From contig CAZBHG010000001.1 in NCBI GenBank assembly GCA_964491735.1, positions 1 through 54,424 on the forward strand: 54,424 nucleotides of DNA. Reading direction: 5' to 3'. Both the position numbers and the translations under genes were made by a program. This document shows positions 35,996 through 45,624 of the stretch, piece after piece (positions within the stretch are counted from its first letter, which is position 1; every line of letters begins with the position of its first letter). The notes beneath the pieces are model-generated. The model saw only the letters and a list, made by a program, of their open reading frames with translations. It ran no database searches and was not told where the DNA came from. Source of the DNA: an uncultured Eubacteriales bacterium. Lineage in GTDB: Bacteria; Bacillota; Clostridia; Oscillospirales; Acutalibacteraceae.

Positions 35996-37036
35996 TTGGC
36001 AACCGTTGATGTAAAGTCTTTATACTTGACAGAGCTTGAGGCTGAAGTTAGGGAGCTTTCACTGCCGTCCTTCAGGGCAAGGCAGATATATGAATGGCTT
36101 CATGTCAGAGGCGCAATGAGCTTTGATGATATGACAAATTTGTCAAAGGAACTTCGCGCTTCGATTTCGGAATGTTTTGAAATATACGGATGTGAAATTG
36201 AGAAGAAATTCACTTCAGAGCTTGACGGTACGGTGAAATATCTTTTTAAACTCCACGATGGCGAACTGATTGAAGCTGTGCTTATGCACTATAAATATGG
36301 CAGCACTCTTTGTATTTCCACACAGGTCGGCTGCAGGATGGGTTGCGCTTTTTGTGCTTCCGGGCTTTGCGGATTTGTCCGTAACCTTACCGCATCCGAG
36401 ATGCTCAGCCAAATTCATGCCGCTCAAAATGACATGAAAATCAGAGTTTCTCATATAGTTTTAATGGGCATGGGCGAGCCGCTCGATAATTATGCAAATG
36501 TTCTAAGGTTTTTAAAGCTGGTTTCTAATCCGGATGGGTTAAATATAGGCATGAGAAATATTTCTCTTTCCACCAGCGGCTTGGTTGACAAAATTTATGA
36601 CCTTCTTTCCGAAAAGCTTCAGCTGACGCTTTCTGTTTCCTTACATGCGCCGAATGACCAAATTCGCTCAAATATTATGCCTGTCAACAAAAAATATCCT
36701 GTAAATGAGCTTCTGACAGCCTGCAAAAAATATACTCAGCTTACCTCCAGAAGGATTTCGTTTGAGTATGCAATGATAAGCGGCGTCAATGACAGCGACG
36801 AGTGTGCACAAGAACTTTCAACAAAGCTCAAAGGAATGCTCTGCCACGTCAATTTAATTCCCGCAAATGAAGTGAGTGAAAACTCATTTACGAAAAGCAC
36901 ATCTGAAAGGCTGGGGCGCTTTTCGAATATTCTCGGGAAGAATGGGATTAATGTTACAGTAAGAAGAAGCCTGGGATCAGATATTAACGCATCCTGCGGT
37001 CAGCTTCGCAACAGGCATCAGAAAGGGGAGGTGTGA
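35996..37036 (+). CDS. rlmN: 23S rRNA/tRNA adenine-C2 methyltransferase (radical SAM)
   Basis: GCRMGCAFCASG (CxxxCxxC), MGMGEPL and the C-terminal INASCGQL are present. Confidence 0.9.
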   Translation: MATVDVKSLYLTELEAEVRELSLPSFRARQIYEWLHVRGAMSFDDMTNLSKELRASISECFEIYGCEIEKKFTSELDGTVKYLFKLHDGELIEAVLMHYKYGSTLCISTQVGCRMGCAFCASGLCGFVRNLTASEMLSQIHAAQNDMKIRVSHIVLMGMGEPLDNYANVLRFLKLVSNPDGLNIGMRNISLSTSGLVDKIYDLLSEKLQLTLSVSLHAPNDQIRSNIMPVNKKYPVNELLTACKKYTQLTSRRISFEYAMISGVNDSDECAQELSTKLKGMLCHVNLIPANEVSENSFTKSTSERLGRFSNILGKNGINVTVRRSLGSDINASCGQLRNRHQKGEV

Positions 37037-37038
37037 AC

Positions 37039-37767
37039 TTGAAGATTGTTGCAAAAACCGATATAGGCACGGTACGCAGTTCCAATCAGGACTGTTACAG
37101 CATCGGTGAGCTTCCCGGCGGCGTCGCATGGTCAGTAGTATGTGACGGCATGGGCGGTGCTTTGGGCGGCGACGTAGCGAGTTCAACAGCTGTCAAAATG
37201 ATTTCTGAAAAGATTGCCTCCTGTTACCACAGCGGTATGAGTTCAAATTCTGTTAAAAACATACTTATTTCTGCAATTGAAACCACAAATGCATGCCTTT
37301 ATGATATGTCTTTGGCAAATGAATCCCTGACGGGAATGGGGACAACGGTTGTAGCGGCAATTGTCACCGATAAGCTTGCCTGCATTGCCCATGCGGGGGA
37401 CAGCAGAGCATATAAGGTCACAGGCGATGGAATGATTCAGCTTACAAAAGACCATTCTGTTGTTCAGACTCTCGTTGAGAATGGCCAGATAACAGAAAAT
37501 GAGGCTAAAGTTCACCCCAGAAAAAATTTAATCACAAGGGCTTTGGGAGTCAGCGAAAGTATTGAAATTGATTTCTGCGAAGAACCCATTACGAACGATG
37601 ACACAATTATCATTTGTACTGACGGTCTGACAAATTTTGTTGAGGCTGATGAAATATATAAAGTAACTCAGAGTGTTGACCACTATCAATTTGCAGAACG
37701 GCTTGTCGAGCTTGCCAACTTAAACGGCGGGGGAGACAATATTACTGTTGTTGCAATTGCGCATTAA
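37039..37767 (+). CDS. prpC: PP2C-family Ser/Thr phosphatase (Stp/PrpC)
   Basis: TDIGTVRSSNQD, VCDGMGG, HAGDSRAY and TDGL are present. The TTG at 37039 lies 8 nt after AGGGGAGG. Confidence 0.85.
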   Translation: MKIVAKTDIGTVRSSNQDCYSIGELPGGVAWSVVCDGMGGALGGDVASSTAVKMISEKIASCYHSGMSSNSVKNILISAIETTNACLYDMSLANESLTGMGTTVVAAIVTDKLACIAHAGDSRAYKVTGDGMIQLTKDHSVVQTLVENGQITENEAKVHPRKNLITRALGVSESIEIDFCEEPITNDDTIIICTDGLTNFVEADEIYKVTQSVDHYQFAERLVELANLNGGGDNITVVAIAH

Positions 37768-37787
37768 TTTATCTGGGGGTGTGTTAA

Positions 37788-40004
37788 ATGGATAATTATG
37801 TAGGTAAAAGGCTTGACGGACGCTACGAGATTCAGGAGATAATCGGCGTCGGCGGAATGGCTGTTGTCTACAAGGCTTATGATAATATTGATGACAGAAT
37901 TGTTGCTGTAAAAATTATGAAGGACGAATTTCTTGCAAATGATGAATTTCGCCGTAGATTTAAGAATGAATCAAAAGCAATTGCAGTATTATCTCATCCC
38001 AATATCGTCAAGGTTTATGATGTCAGCTACGGTGACAAACTGCAATATATTGTCATGGAGTATGTCGAAGGCGTTACACTCAAAGAATATATCGAGCAGC
38101 AGGGCAAGATTTCATGGAAAGAGACTGTCCATTTTGTCATGCAGATTCTCAGAGCTTTGCAGCATGCCCACGATAAGGGCATAGTTCATAGGGATATTAA
38201 GCCTCAGAACATATTGCTTCTGCATAACGGTAATATTAAGGTTACTGATTTCGGGATTGCGCGTTTCAGCCGCAGCGAAACAAGAACTATGACCGAAAGC
38301 GCAATTGGTTCGGTTCACTATATCAGCCCCGAACAGGCAAGGGGCGACATAACCGACGACAAAGCCGATATCTATTCGTTAGGCGTTGTAATGTATGAGA
38401 TGCTCACGGGTCAGCTGCCTTTCCAGTCAGACAGCTCTGTGACGGTTGCAATTATGCAGCTTCAGTCGGAGGCGAAGCGCCCGACTGAAATCAATCCCGC
38501 AATTCCTATAGGGCTTGAACAGATTACAATGCGCGCAATGAGGAAAAAGCCGCGTGACCGCTATCAGTCCGCCGCGGAGATGATTCTCGACCTTGAAGAG
38601 TTCAAAAGAAACCCCGCAATCAGGTTTGAATATTCATATTTTGTTGACAATGAGCCGACAAAATATGTTGAACCCGGTGAAAAGGTTGCGTCAAAGCCTT
38701 CCGACGCTGTAACAACACCTGAAGGCGAGGCTGACCCGGAGGAAGAGGAAGCAGAAGAAAAGAGGAGAGTTGTTCCGATTATTACCGGAATAGCCTGCGC
38801 AGTCGTGGCTTTGGTTGTTATTATCCTTTCAATTCTGTATTTCAAAGGCGTTTTCAACAATAATGATAAGATTGAAGTCCAGAAGTTCATCGGGATGAAT
38901 TACTATATCGACATTGAGAATAATGACGATTATAAAGATTATACTTTTGTAGTGGAACAAGAGCAAAGCAGTGATAAGGAAGCCGGTACAGTTATCAAAC
39001 AGGATCCCAGCAAGGGTGAAAAAATTAAAGCCGGTGATACAGTTACTTTGACAATTGCAATCGGTAACGAAACCGCAGTAGTACCTGATGTTTCAAATAT
39101 TTCTCTTGAGGAAGCGAAAAGCCGACTTATAAGTGAAGGCTTTACAAACATTGCCGGAGCGCAGTATGAATACAGCACGACGGTTAATAAGGATAAGGTC
39201 ATCAGGACAGATCCTTCAAGCGGCTCCGAAGTAAATATAAGCACTCAGATTACTATTTATATTGCAACCGATGATAATTCAGGCTCACTTGTTAAGGTGC
39301 CTGACCTGCTTGGCTGGTCTCTTGCCGATGCAAAAGAAATGCTTGAAAGTGCAGGCCTTGTTTTAAGCACCAATGTCACAACGCAGGACAGTGACAAGCC
39401 AAAGGATCAGGTTATCGGTCAGAGCCTTAATGCGGATGATTCAGTTCCCGCAGGCACATCAATCAGTGTTACTGTCAGCAGCGGTGTTCCCGCTTCATCA
39501 TCTGCTACCATTAAACTGAAGCTTCCCAATTGCGGCTCAGGCGTTGACGGAGTGCTCAAGGTTTATATTGACAACATTATTGTTGATGATGTTTCGAATA
39601 TAACCATTCTTCTCAACGGCAACACACATACATTCACAGTCAGCGGTTCCGGCTCGGGAAAGGCGCTTCAGGCATATATTGACGGCACCCTTGTATATGA
39701 GTGCAAACTTAACTTTAAAACATCTCCCGCCACCATTTCAAATGAAAAAACTTACGATTACTCTGCCGATACCAAGGAAGTAGTGCCTGATGTTGTGGAT
39801 GAGACAGAGGAAAATGCGATTAATATTCTTAACGACGCAGGCTTTCAGAATGTTATTGTGTCAAAGGTTACAAATGATAATAAGGTCGGCGTGGTAATAA
39901 ATCAAACACCTGAATATAACATTAATATGACATATGATATAAGCACTGCTGTCACCATTTATGTCGGCGTAGCGAGTTCGGCTAATGCTAACTCAGGACA
40001 GTAA
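37788..40004 (+). CDS. prkC: Ser/Thr protein kinase with extracellular PASTA repeats (PrkC-type)
   Basis: Hanks kinase motifs are present: GVGGMAVVYKA, HRDIKPQN, DFG and SPEQ. A TM segment and at least four PASTA-like repeats (VPDV/VPDL ...) follow. Confidence 0.9.
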   Translation: MDNYVGKRLDGRYEIQEIIGVGGMAVVYKAYDNIDDRIVAVKIMKDEFLANDEFRRRFKNESKAIAVLSHPNIVKVYDVSYGDKLQYIVMEYVEGVTLKEYIEQQGKISWKETVHFVMQILRALQHAHDKGIVHRDIKPQNILLLHNGNIKVTDFGIARFSRSETRTMTESAIGSVHYISPEQARGDITDDKADIYSLGVVMYEMLTGQLPFQSDSSVTVAIMQLQSEAKRPTEINPAIPIGLEQITMRAMRKKPRDRYQSAAEMILDLEEFKRNPAIRFEYSYFVDNEPTKYVEPGEKVASKPSDAVTTPEGEADPEEEEAEEKRRVVPIITGIACAVVALVVIILSILYFKGVFNNNDKIEVQKFIGMNYYIDIENNDDYKDYTFVVEQEQSSDKEAGTVIKQDPSKGEKIKAGDTVTLTIAIGNETAVVPDVSNISLEEAKSRLISEGFTNIAGAQYEYSTTVNKDKVIRTDPSSGSEVNISTQITIYIATDDNSGSLVKVPDLLGWSLADAKEMLESAGLVLSTNVTTQDSDKPKDQVIGQSLNADDSVPAGTSISVTVSSGVPASSSATIKLKLPNCGSGVDGVLKVYIDNIIVDDVSNITILLNGNTHTFTVSGSGSGKALQAYIDGTLVYECKLNFKTSPATISNEKTYDYSADTKEVVPDVVDETEENAINILNDAGFQNVIVSKVTNDNKVGVVINQTPEYNINMTYDISTAVTIYVGVASSANANSGQ

Positions 40005-40024
40005 AAGCTTCAGAGGTTGATTTT

Positions 40025-40906
40025 ATGCAGCTTAGCGGAGTAATTATAAAAGGCATCGGCGGCTTCTACTATGTAGAGGTCGCCGATTCGGTGTTTGAGT
40101 GCAAAGCCAGAGGGATATTCCGCAAGGAAAAAATTACTCCTTTGGTTGGTGATCGTGTCGAAATATCAGTTGATGAAAACAATAAGGGAACAATTGAAAG
40201 CATCAAAGAAAGAAAAACAGAGCTGTCACGTCCGCCTATCGCAAATGTGGACAAGATATTTATCGTCGCTTCAATTGTTGAACCTCTGCCTAACACTGTG
40301 GTAATTGATATGATGACAGCAATTGCCCAGCAAAATGGTATCGAGCCGTCAATTATCATTACAAAAACTGATTTGTCGGATGTTGACTGGTTATATGATA
40401 TTTATAAGATGACGGGCTATGATGTCTTTTGCGTTTCCCCGGTAAGCGGCGAAGGCATCGATGCAGTCAGAGACGCTCTGAGAGGTCATATAAGTGCATT
40501 TACCGGCAACAGCGGAGTCGGCAAATCCACGCTCCTCAACAGCTTGGACAAGAGCCTGAGCTTAGATGCGGGCGAAATCAGCGAAAAGCTTGGGCGTGGC
40601 CGCCATACTACCCGTCATGTTGAGTTGTTCAAGATAAACGGCGGTTATGTCGCGGATACTCCGGGCTTTACAAGCTTGGATATTGAGGGCAATGAATATA
40701 TATCAAAGGAGGATTTGCCGTTCTGTTTCAAAGAGTTTTTGCCATATCTCGGCAAATGCAAGTTTTCAACCTGCAATCATGTCGGCGATAAGGGCTGCAA
40801 AATCGTTGAGGCTGTCGAGAACGGAATAATCAGCAAATCAAGGCATAACAACTATATTGCAATGTACAATAATGTTAAAAATATAAAAAGCTGGCAACTT
40901 GATTAA
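40025..40906 (+). CDS. rsgA: Ribosome small-subunit-dependent GTPase A
   Basis: It has an OB-fold N-terminus, the circularly permuted GTPase motifs (ITKTD, GNSGVGKST), and the C-terminal zinc motif CKFSTCNHVGDKGC. Confidence 0.9.
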   Translation: MQLSGVIIKGIGGFYYVEVADSVFECKARGIFRKEKITPLVGDRVEISVDENNKGTIESIKERKTELSRPPIANVDKIFIVASIVEPLPNTVVIDMMTAIAQQNGIEPSIIITKTDLSDVDWLYDIYKMTGYDVFCVSPVSGEGIDAVRDALRGHISAFTGNSGVGKSTLLNSLDKSLSLDAGEISEKLGRGRHTTRHVELFKINGGYVADTPGFTSLDIEGNEYISKEDLPFCFKEFLPYLGKCKFSTCNHVGDKGCKIVEAVENGIISKSRHNNYIAMYNNVKNIKSWQLD

Positions 40907-40990
40907 AAAATATTATCACCGGACTCCCAGATATTGATTATACTGTAATGAGCAATATTAACGCTTAATATCTTGGAGGCGGTGCATTTT

Positions 40991-41164
40991 ATGCATAACT
41001 GTCATCGCAGCAGCTGTGTCGGATGTGCAAGCGTGGCTTTTGGTGCGGGATTGATTGTGGCGAGCTGCTTCCCTAACACAGTTATTGTTATTATCTTGGC
41101 TATCGCCCTGGTTTTACTCGGCTTTGCTTCAAGGTGTTACTGCAATAATTTTTATAGGGGTTGA
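40991..41164 (+). CDS. Hypothetical Cys-rich mini membrane protein (57 aa)
   Basis: MHNCHRSSCVGCASVAFGAGLIVASCFPNTVIVIILAIALVLLGFASRCYCNNFYRG. A GGAGG lies 11 nt upstream of the ATG. I recognise no family. Confidence 0.4.
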   Translation: MHNCHRSSCVGCASVAFGAGLIVASCFPNTVIVIILAIALVLLGFASRCYCNNFYRG

Positions 41165-41171
41165 TTGAGTA

Positions 41172-41258
41172 ATGAAGGTAGTAGTCGTGCGCAGTCCAAA
41201 GGCTTTCAGGGGTGTTTTAAGACTGATTTTCAGAATTAAGAAGCAGGATGTTATCTAA
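41172..41258 (+). CDS. spoVM: SpoVM-like 28-aa amphipathic sporulation peptide
   Basis: MKVVVVRSPKAFRGVLRLIFRIKKQDVI aligns without gaps to B. subtilis SpoVM as I recall it (MKFYTIKLPKFLGGIVRAMLGSFRKD). Shared positions are M1, K2, P9, K10, G14, R17 and D26. Its locus downstream of prkC-rsgA matches Bacillus synteny. It is below the ORF-track size cutoff. Confidence 0.6.
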   Translation: MKVVVVRSPKAFRGVLRLIFRIKKQDVI

Positions 41259-41277
41259 TATATTAAATATATGTTTA

Positions 41278-41329
41278 GACGGGGCCGTATCGGAACGATG
41301 GGAAAAAATCGTTCTGATACAGCCCCGTC
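41278..41329. terminator. Strong hairpin between the convergent spoVM-like and yfhO-family genes
   Basis: GACGGGGCCGTATCGGAACGAT, loop GGGAAAAA, then ATCGTTCTGATACAGCCCCGTC. About 20 bp pair, with one mismatch and one G-U. There is no clean U-tract on either side. Confidence 0.5.
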
Positions 41330-41353
41330 AAACTAATGAATTCTATTTAAATG

Positions 41354-44300
41354 TTATTCTTTTCCTTCAAACTTTTCAACTGTAATTTCAACATCTTCGT
41401 CGCCGAAATTTTTCAAATCTTTATTTACCTGAGTTTTTTCGCCGCCGGAAATGTAGATGTCGTGCTTATTCTCAGACTGCGTTTCAGGCGTTTTGACCGG
41501 TTCAATTGCCTGCGCAGGCTGTTGTTTGCCTGAGACATCAAGAGAGAAATCTTTAATATCATAGCTGCCTCCGATAATCGGTGGAAGATCGGGCAACCCT
41601 GCGTTTGTCTCAACTCCATCAAAAATGGCCTTCTCCTCGGGAACGGGTTTATTATTCTTCTTTCTTTTCTTTTTCTTCAGACAGACAATTAAAAGAATAA
41701 GTACAAAGAGGAACAGCGCCCCTGCGGAAATATATATGCCAAGCATCAAGCCCTGCGGCATAAAGCTGAACTCAATTGTATGTTCGCCCTTAGAAACATT
41801 GATTCCGATTAATGAATCTCCGATCTTGATTATGCTGTTGTGCGGGACAGCCTCTCCGTCAACCTTAATACTCCAGCCATTGTCATAAGGAATAGATGTA
41901 TAGAGAATACCGTCCTCATTAGCGTTTACTGTGCCCTTAATATATGTATCATTGAAAGTACTTACATTCAGCTGCCCGTCTTCAAGAATATCGTAGCCCT
42001 CTATGAATTTATCCATCTCAAGACCGTAGGCATAGAAGGTTACATTGCCGCTTTCGGTATCATCATTATTAAGTCTGATATATACATTTACAGGTTCGTT
42101 TGCTTCGCAAACGCCGAGGTCAATAATATCCTTTTCTTCATCATGCTCTATATTGAAATTACTGCCTTCAATTCTCAGGATATCGACATCAGCGGAATCA
42201 ACAAAAATATAAACGTTTTGAGTGGCTTCAGGTGTGACGGCTAAAGTGAAGCTTGCGGGAGCACCCACAACTGTTCTGTTATAGGTGAAATATCCGCTCT
42301 CAAAACCTGTGTAAAAAGTATTTATATTGTCATAGGTTACATTCTCGGAGGAAACATTGAGGCGCGTGAAAACATCGCTAACGCCTGTTGCTTTTTCAAA
42401 ATAATCGGCCTGAACCACAAAGGGGTCGCTGTCAGTATAAGTCCAGTTTTTGATATTTGAGTCAACCATATAAGCAATCGGAAGATAATATTTGTTTTCA
42501 TAAGCCGTAAATTTTTCGGAGCTTGTTTTCCCTTTATAGAGATAGCTGCTCATTCTGTCGTCTTCATCGTTACACACTATGTATTTAAGCGACATCATAG
42601 CGTTATAAACCGGAGTATTCAGATTATATGTATAGCTGTTTATGTAGTTGCTCATCATGCCAAGATTGCTTTGAAGGTTTGATAAGCTCTCATATGCCAT
42701 CGAAGAAAACGTTGAAACTCCGTTGTAGCCATACCACGAAGGGTCCATTCTTGTGCGAAGCTCAGTGAGCTCCATGCGGTAGAAGCAATTGTCCTCAATC
42801 TCATCAAGCTGATCTTTGAGCACCTTAAAAGCGTCATAGTCTCCGGCATAAAAAGATTTGGGCTGTGACATGCTGAAGTGGTAAGAATCACAGCAAATAA
42901 CTTCACCCGCAACACAGACAAGCATAACCAGTGACATTGTACCTGCCTTAAATTTCGGACTCCTAAAATAATATAAAACGATTGTATAGATAACAGTAAA
43001 CAAAAGGCTGACAAAAACAGTCAACTCATTCACATTCTTAGAGCCGATTTCCTGCACAGCTACTATGAAGAAAACAACGCCGATGCCGGAAAATAAAATC
43101 TCTTTGCCCATAAGCTCCTTGATATGAATTACAGCCTTATATGCCATTACGAGCAGGATAAAGGAATACATGAATGAAAATCTGTAGGGTAGGTCGTTTG
43201 GAAAGTGAAAGCCGTGCCAAACATAGTTTGCATAGTTAATGCTGAAGCTGTAATACAGAAAAGCGAGAAGCCCGACGTTGCAAATCTTTTCCCTCACCGG
43301 AATGGATTTTATAAAAAGGTAGAGCGGAACAAGAATAACCGTAGCTATACCGCAATAAACATTTGGAAGGACGTCCTCGCCGCTGCTCCTGATTGTTGGC
43401 TCCAGTGATGCTAAATTATTTGCCAAAAAGTCAAAAATAGTAAAGTAGCTGTTAATTTCCGACGGGAATGTATCTGTGATTGCCGAACTGTTCTGAAGTA
43501 TATAATATACCGGAATAAGCGAAAATGCCGCAAGGCACGCTGCAAGGGCGGAGCCGCCGGCAAAAAGCAAACCGCTCCGTATGAGACGTGAATATTTGAT
43601 TTTGTCCTTAAGCTTGTAGCCGAAACTGTAATCAATGCGCAGGCAGGGCTTGATACCCTCATGATAATTGTTGATATCATAGTTTGAAATGTAGTACACG
43701 ACAAAATACAAAACTGAGAAAATGCAGACCATATATGACATGTAATAGCTGCATACCATCGTGAGTACGAGAGTGATTGTGTAGAGAGTTGCTTTGCTTT
43801 TATTGATAATGTTTTCAATACCCAGAATTAAAAGAGGTAAGAATGCCATTGCGTCAAGCCACATAATGTTCCAGTAGTATGCAATGAAAAAACCGCAGAA
43901 GGAATATAAAACACCAAACGCCGCCGTTGTCTGGTCATGCTTGCCCAATGAGCGTTTAAGATAGTAGCAGAAGAAGGCGCTGGCAAAACAGCCTTTGAGC
44001 AGAATGATTGCGCCTATCGCATCAGGTATATTGACGTGACCAAACAAAAAAATAAGTGCGGTCAACGGGCTTGAAAGATAATTGAAGTAGTTGCCGAGAA
44101 ATGAACTTCCAAGACCAGAAGTCCAGGAATAAAGTAGGCTTTTTCCTTCGGTAATCCTGTCATAAAGCTCGGCAAACAGAGGGCCGTACTGATGATATAA
44201 ATCCATTCTCAGAATGGTCATATCTCCGAACGGGATGGCACTAAAACAAAAGTAAACAAAAAGTGTCAGAATTGCCGTGACAATAAACGCTAGAAAAACA

Positions 44301-44371
44301 AAACAATTATCTTTTATTATTCTGCCGATAAATGAACCGGCCAGAGCGCCCTTTGATTTCTCTTTCTTCAT
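41354..44371 (-). CDS. YfhO-family polytopic membrane glycosyltransferase with a ~107-aa C-terminal tail
   Basis: 1005 aa. The N-terminal region reads MDLYHQYGPLFAELYD...LLYSWTSGLGSSFLGNYFNYLSSPL, with many TM segments and a large extracytoplasmic domain. A final TM segment is followed by KKKKRKKNNK and an acidic tail. Confidence 0.8.
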   Translation of the reverse strand: MKKEKSKGALAGSFIGRIIKDNCFVFLAFIVTAILTLFVYFCFSAIPFGDMTILRMDLYHQYGPLFAELYDRITEGKSLLYSWTSGLGSSFLGNYFNYLSSPLTALIFLFGHVNIPDAIGAIILLKGCFASAFFCYYLKRSLGKHDQTTAAFGVLYSFCGFFIAYYWNIMWLDAMAFLPLLILGIENIINKSKATLYTITLVLTMVCSYYMSYMVCIFSVLYFVVYYISNYDINNYHEGIKPCLRIDYSFGYKLKDKIKYSRLIRSGLLFAGGSALAACLAAFSLIPVYYILQNSSAITDTFPSEINSYFTIFDFLANNLASLEPTIRSSGEDVLPNVYCGIATVILVPLYLFIKSIPVREKICNVGLLAFLYYSFSINYANYVWHGFHFPNDLPYRFSFMYSFILLVMAYKAVIHIKELMGKEILFSGIGVVFFIVAVQEIGSKNVNELTVFVSLLFTVIYTIVLYYFRSPKFKAGTMSLVMLVCVAGEVICCDSYHFSMSQPKSFYAGDYDAFKVLKDQLDEIEDNCFYRMELTELRTRMDPSWYGYNGVSTFSSMAYESLSNLQSNLGMMSNYINSYTYNLNTPVYNAMMSLKYIVCNDEDDRMSSYLYKGKTSSEKFTAYENKYYLPIAYMVDSNIKNWTYTDSDPFVVQADYFEKATGVSDVFTRLNVSSENVTYDNINTFYTGFESGYFTYNRTVVGAPASFTLAVTPEATQNVYIFVDSADVDILRIEGSNFNIEHDEEKDIIDLGVCEANEPVNVYIRLNNDDTESGNVTFYAYGLEMDKFIEGYDILEDGQLNVSTFNDTYIKGTVNANEDGILYTSIPYDNGWSIKVDGEAVPHNSIIKIGDSLIGINVSKGEHTIEFSFMPQGLMLGIYISAGALFLFVLILLIVCLKKKKRKKNNKPVPEEKAIFDGVETNAGLPDLPPIIGGSYDIKDFSLDVSGKQQPAQAIEPVKTPETQSENKHDIYISGGEKTQVNKDLKNFGDEDVEITVEKFEGKE

Positions 44372-44577
44372 TTAATCCATACCATCCTTAATTAGTTTAG
44401 TTTTTATCGGATTGTGTAAAAACAAATACAATTTTGTAATATGCAATATAAAATATTATATCATACAGAATGTATTTTTCAAGTGCTGTCGCATAAGTTT
44501 CAAATTTTTCTGTTCTATTTTAGGACAAGAAGTAATATCTATTTGATATGAACACTTTGTCCGTAAGGAGGATAAAA

Positions 44578-45624
44578 ATGGAGGAATACATAACAAAGAG
44601 ATTTGACAATGCTGTTGCAAACATAACGCCGAGAATTCAAAAGCTCCTCATGGACATTTCTTCGGAGGACAAAGAAAATATCTGGGAAATCAGAATGAGA
44701 AACAACGCCCCCGTTATCCTTTTTGGGAGTGGCGGAGTGTTCTTTCTAAACAGAAATTCGAGGATAAGCCGATTATACTCGGATAGTGCTGTCACCATGA
44801 ATTTAGCAGAAATTAATGATACATTTACAAGGCTGTGCGGCTATTCCGTCCACACTCATTCCGAAACTATTGCCAACGGATTTGTATCCGTTGAAGGCGG
44901 ACACAGAGCCGGAATTTGCGGCACTGCCGTTTTTTCTGATAATGAAATATCATCAGTCAGGGATATCTCTTCAATTAATTTAAGAATTGCCAGAGAAAAC
45001 ACTCAGGCATCAAAACAGCTCTGTGAACTGCTTTTTTCCGACGGACTTCGAAGCATTATTATTGCCGGCCCGCCGACAAGCGGCAAAACGACAATGCTCA
45101 GGGACTTGACAAGAAGGCTTTCAAGCGGATTCTGCGGCAATTATTATAAAACAGTTGTCATTGATGAAAGAGGGGAAATTGCCGCAGTACACAGAGGCAA
45201 CGCGGGCAATGATGTGGGGCTGAACTGCGACGTACTGTCGGCATACCCCAAGGGCGAAGGTATATTGACTGCCCTTCGTTCGCTCTCACCTGAAATCATT
45301 ATTTGTGATGAGGTCGGAGGCATGGCGGAAATTGAAGCAATTGAATCGGGGCTGAATTCAGGCGTTAAATTTGCCGTTTCCGTTCACGCCTCAAGCCGTG
45401 AAGAACTGTTGAGCAGACCGCAAATCAGAAGATTGCTCATGACATTTGCCTTTGACGAAATTGTTTTGCTCAAGGGCGGATGCTCGCCGTGCGTGATATC
45501 AAAAATTTTCAGGACGGGTGAGTTGCTCAATGAAATCAGCAGGGATATTGTTTGTTGTGTTAGCGGTAAGCCTGATGGGGCAGTATCTGAGGCATGGAAT
45601 GGGTCAGCGGGTCAAAGAGCTTGA
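44578..45624 (+). CDS. spoIIIAA: Stage III sporulation protein AA (AAA+ ATPase)
   Basis: Walker A is GPPTSGKTT and Walker B is IICDE. It is the first gene of an 8-gene spoIIIA array. The ATG at 44578 follows AAGGAGG. Confidence 0.85.
   Translation: MEEYITKRFDNAVANITPRIQKLLMDISSEDKENIWEIRMRNNAPVILFGSGGVFFLNRNSRISRLYSDSAVTMNLAEINDTFTRLCGYSVHTHSETIANGFVSVEGGHRAGICGTAVFSDNEISSVRDISSINLRIARENTQASKQLCELLFSDGLRSIIIAGPPTSGKTTMLRDLTRRLSSGFCGNYYKTVVIDERGEIAAVHRGNAGNDVGLNCDVLSAYPKGEGILTALRSLSPEIIICDEVGGMAEIEAIESGLNSGVKFAVSVHASSREELLSRPQIRRLLMTFAFDEIVLLKGGCSPCVISKIFRTGELLNEISRDIVCCVSGKPDGAVSEAWNGSAGQRA

Noticed and set aside
41351-42244. Plus-strand ORFs 41351..41533, 41625..41888 and 41840..42244
   Set aside because: They lie antisense to the 1005-aa YfhO-family gene and have low-complexity, Phe/Ile-rich translations typical of AT-rich shadow frames.
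44437-44469. Possible sigma-E promoter for spoIIIA (CATACAGA at 44462-44469 with TAATATG at 44437-44443)
   Set aside because: The -10-like element lacks the terminal T of CATACAnT. The only ATA-type -35 candidate sits 18 nt upstream, against the ~14-nt spacing I recall for sigma-E. This is not convincing without TSS data.
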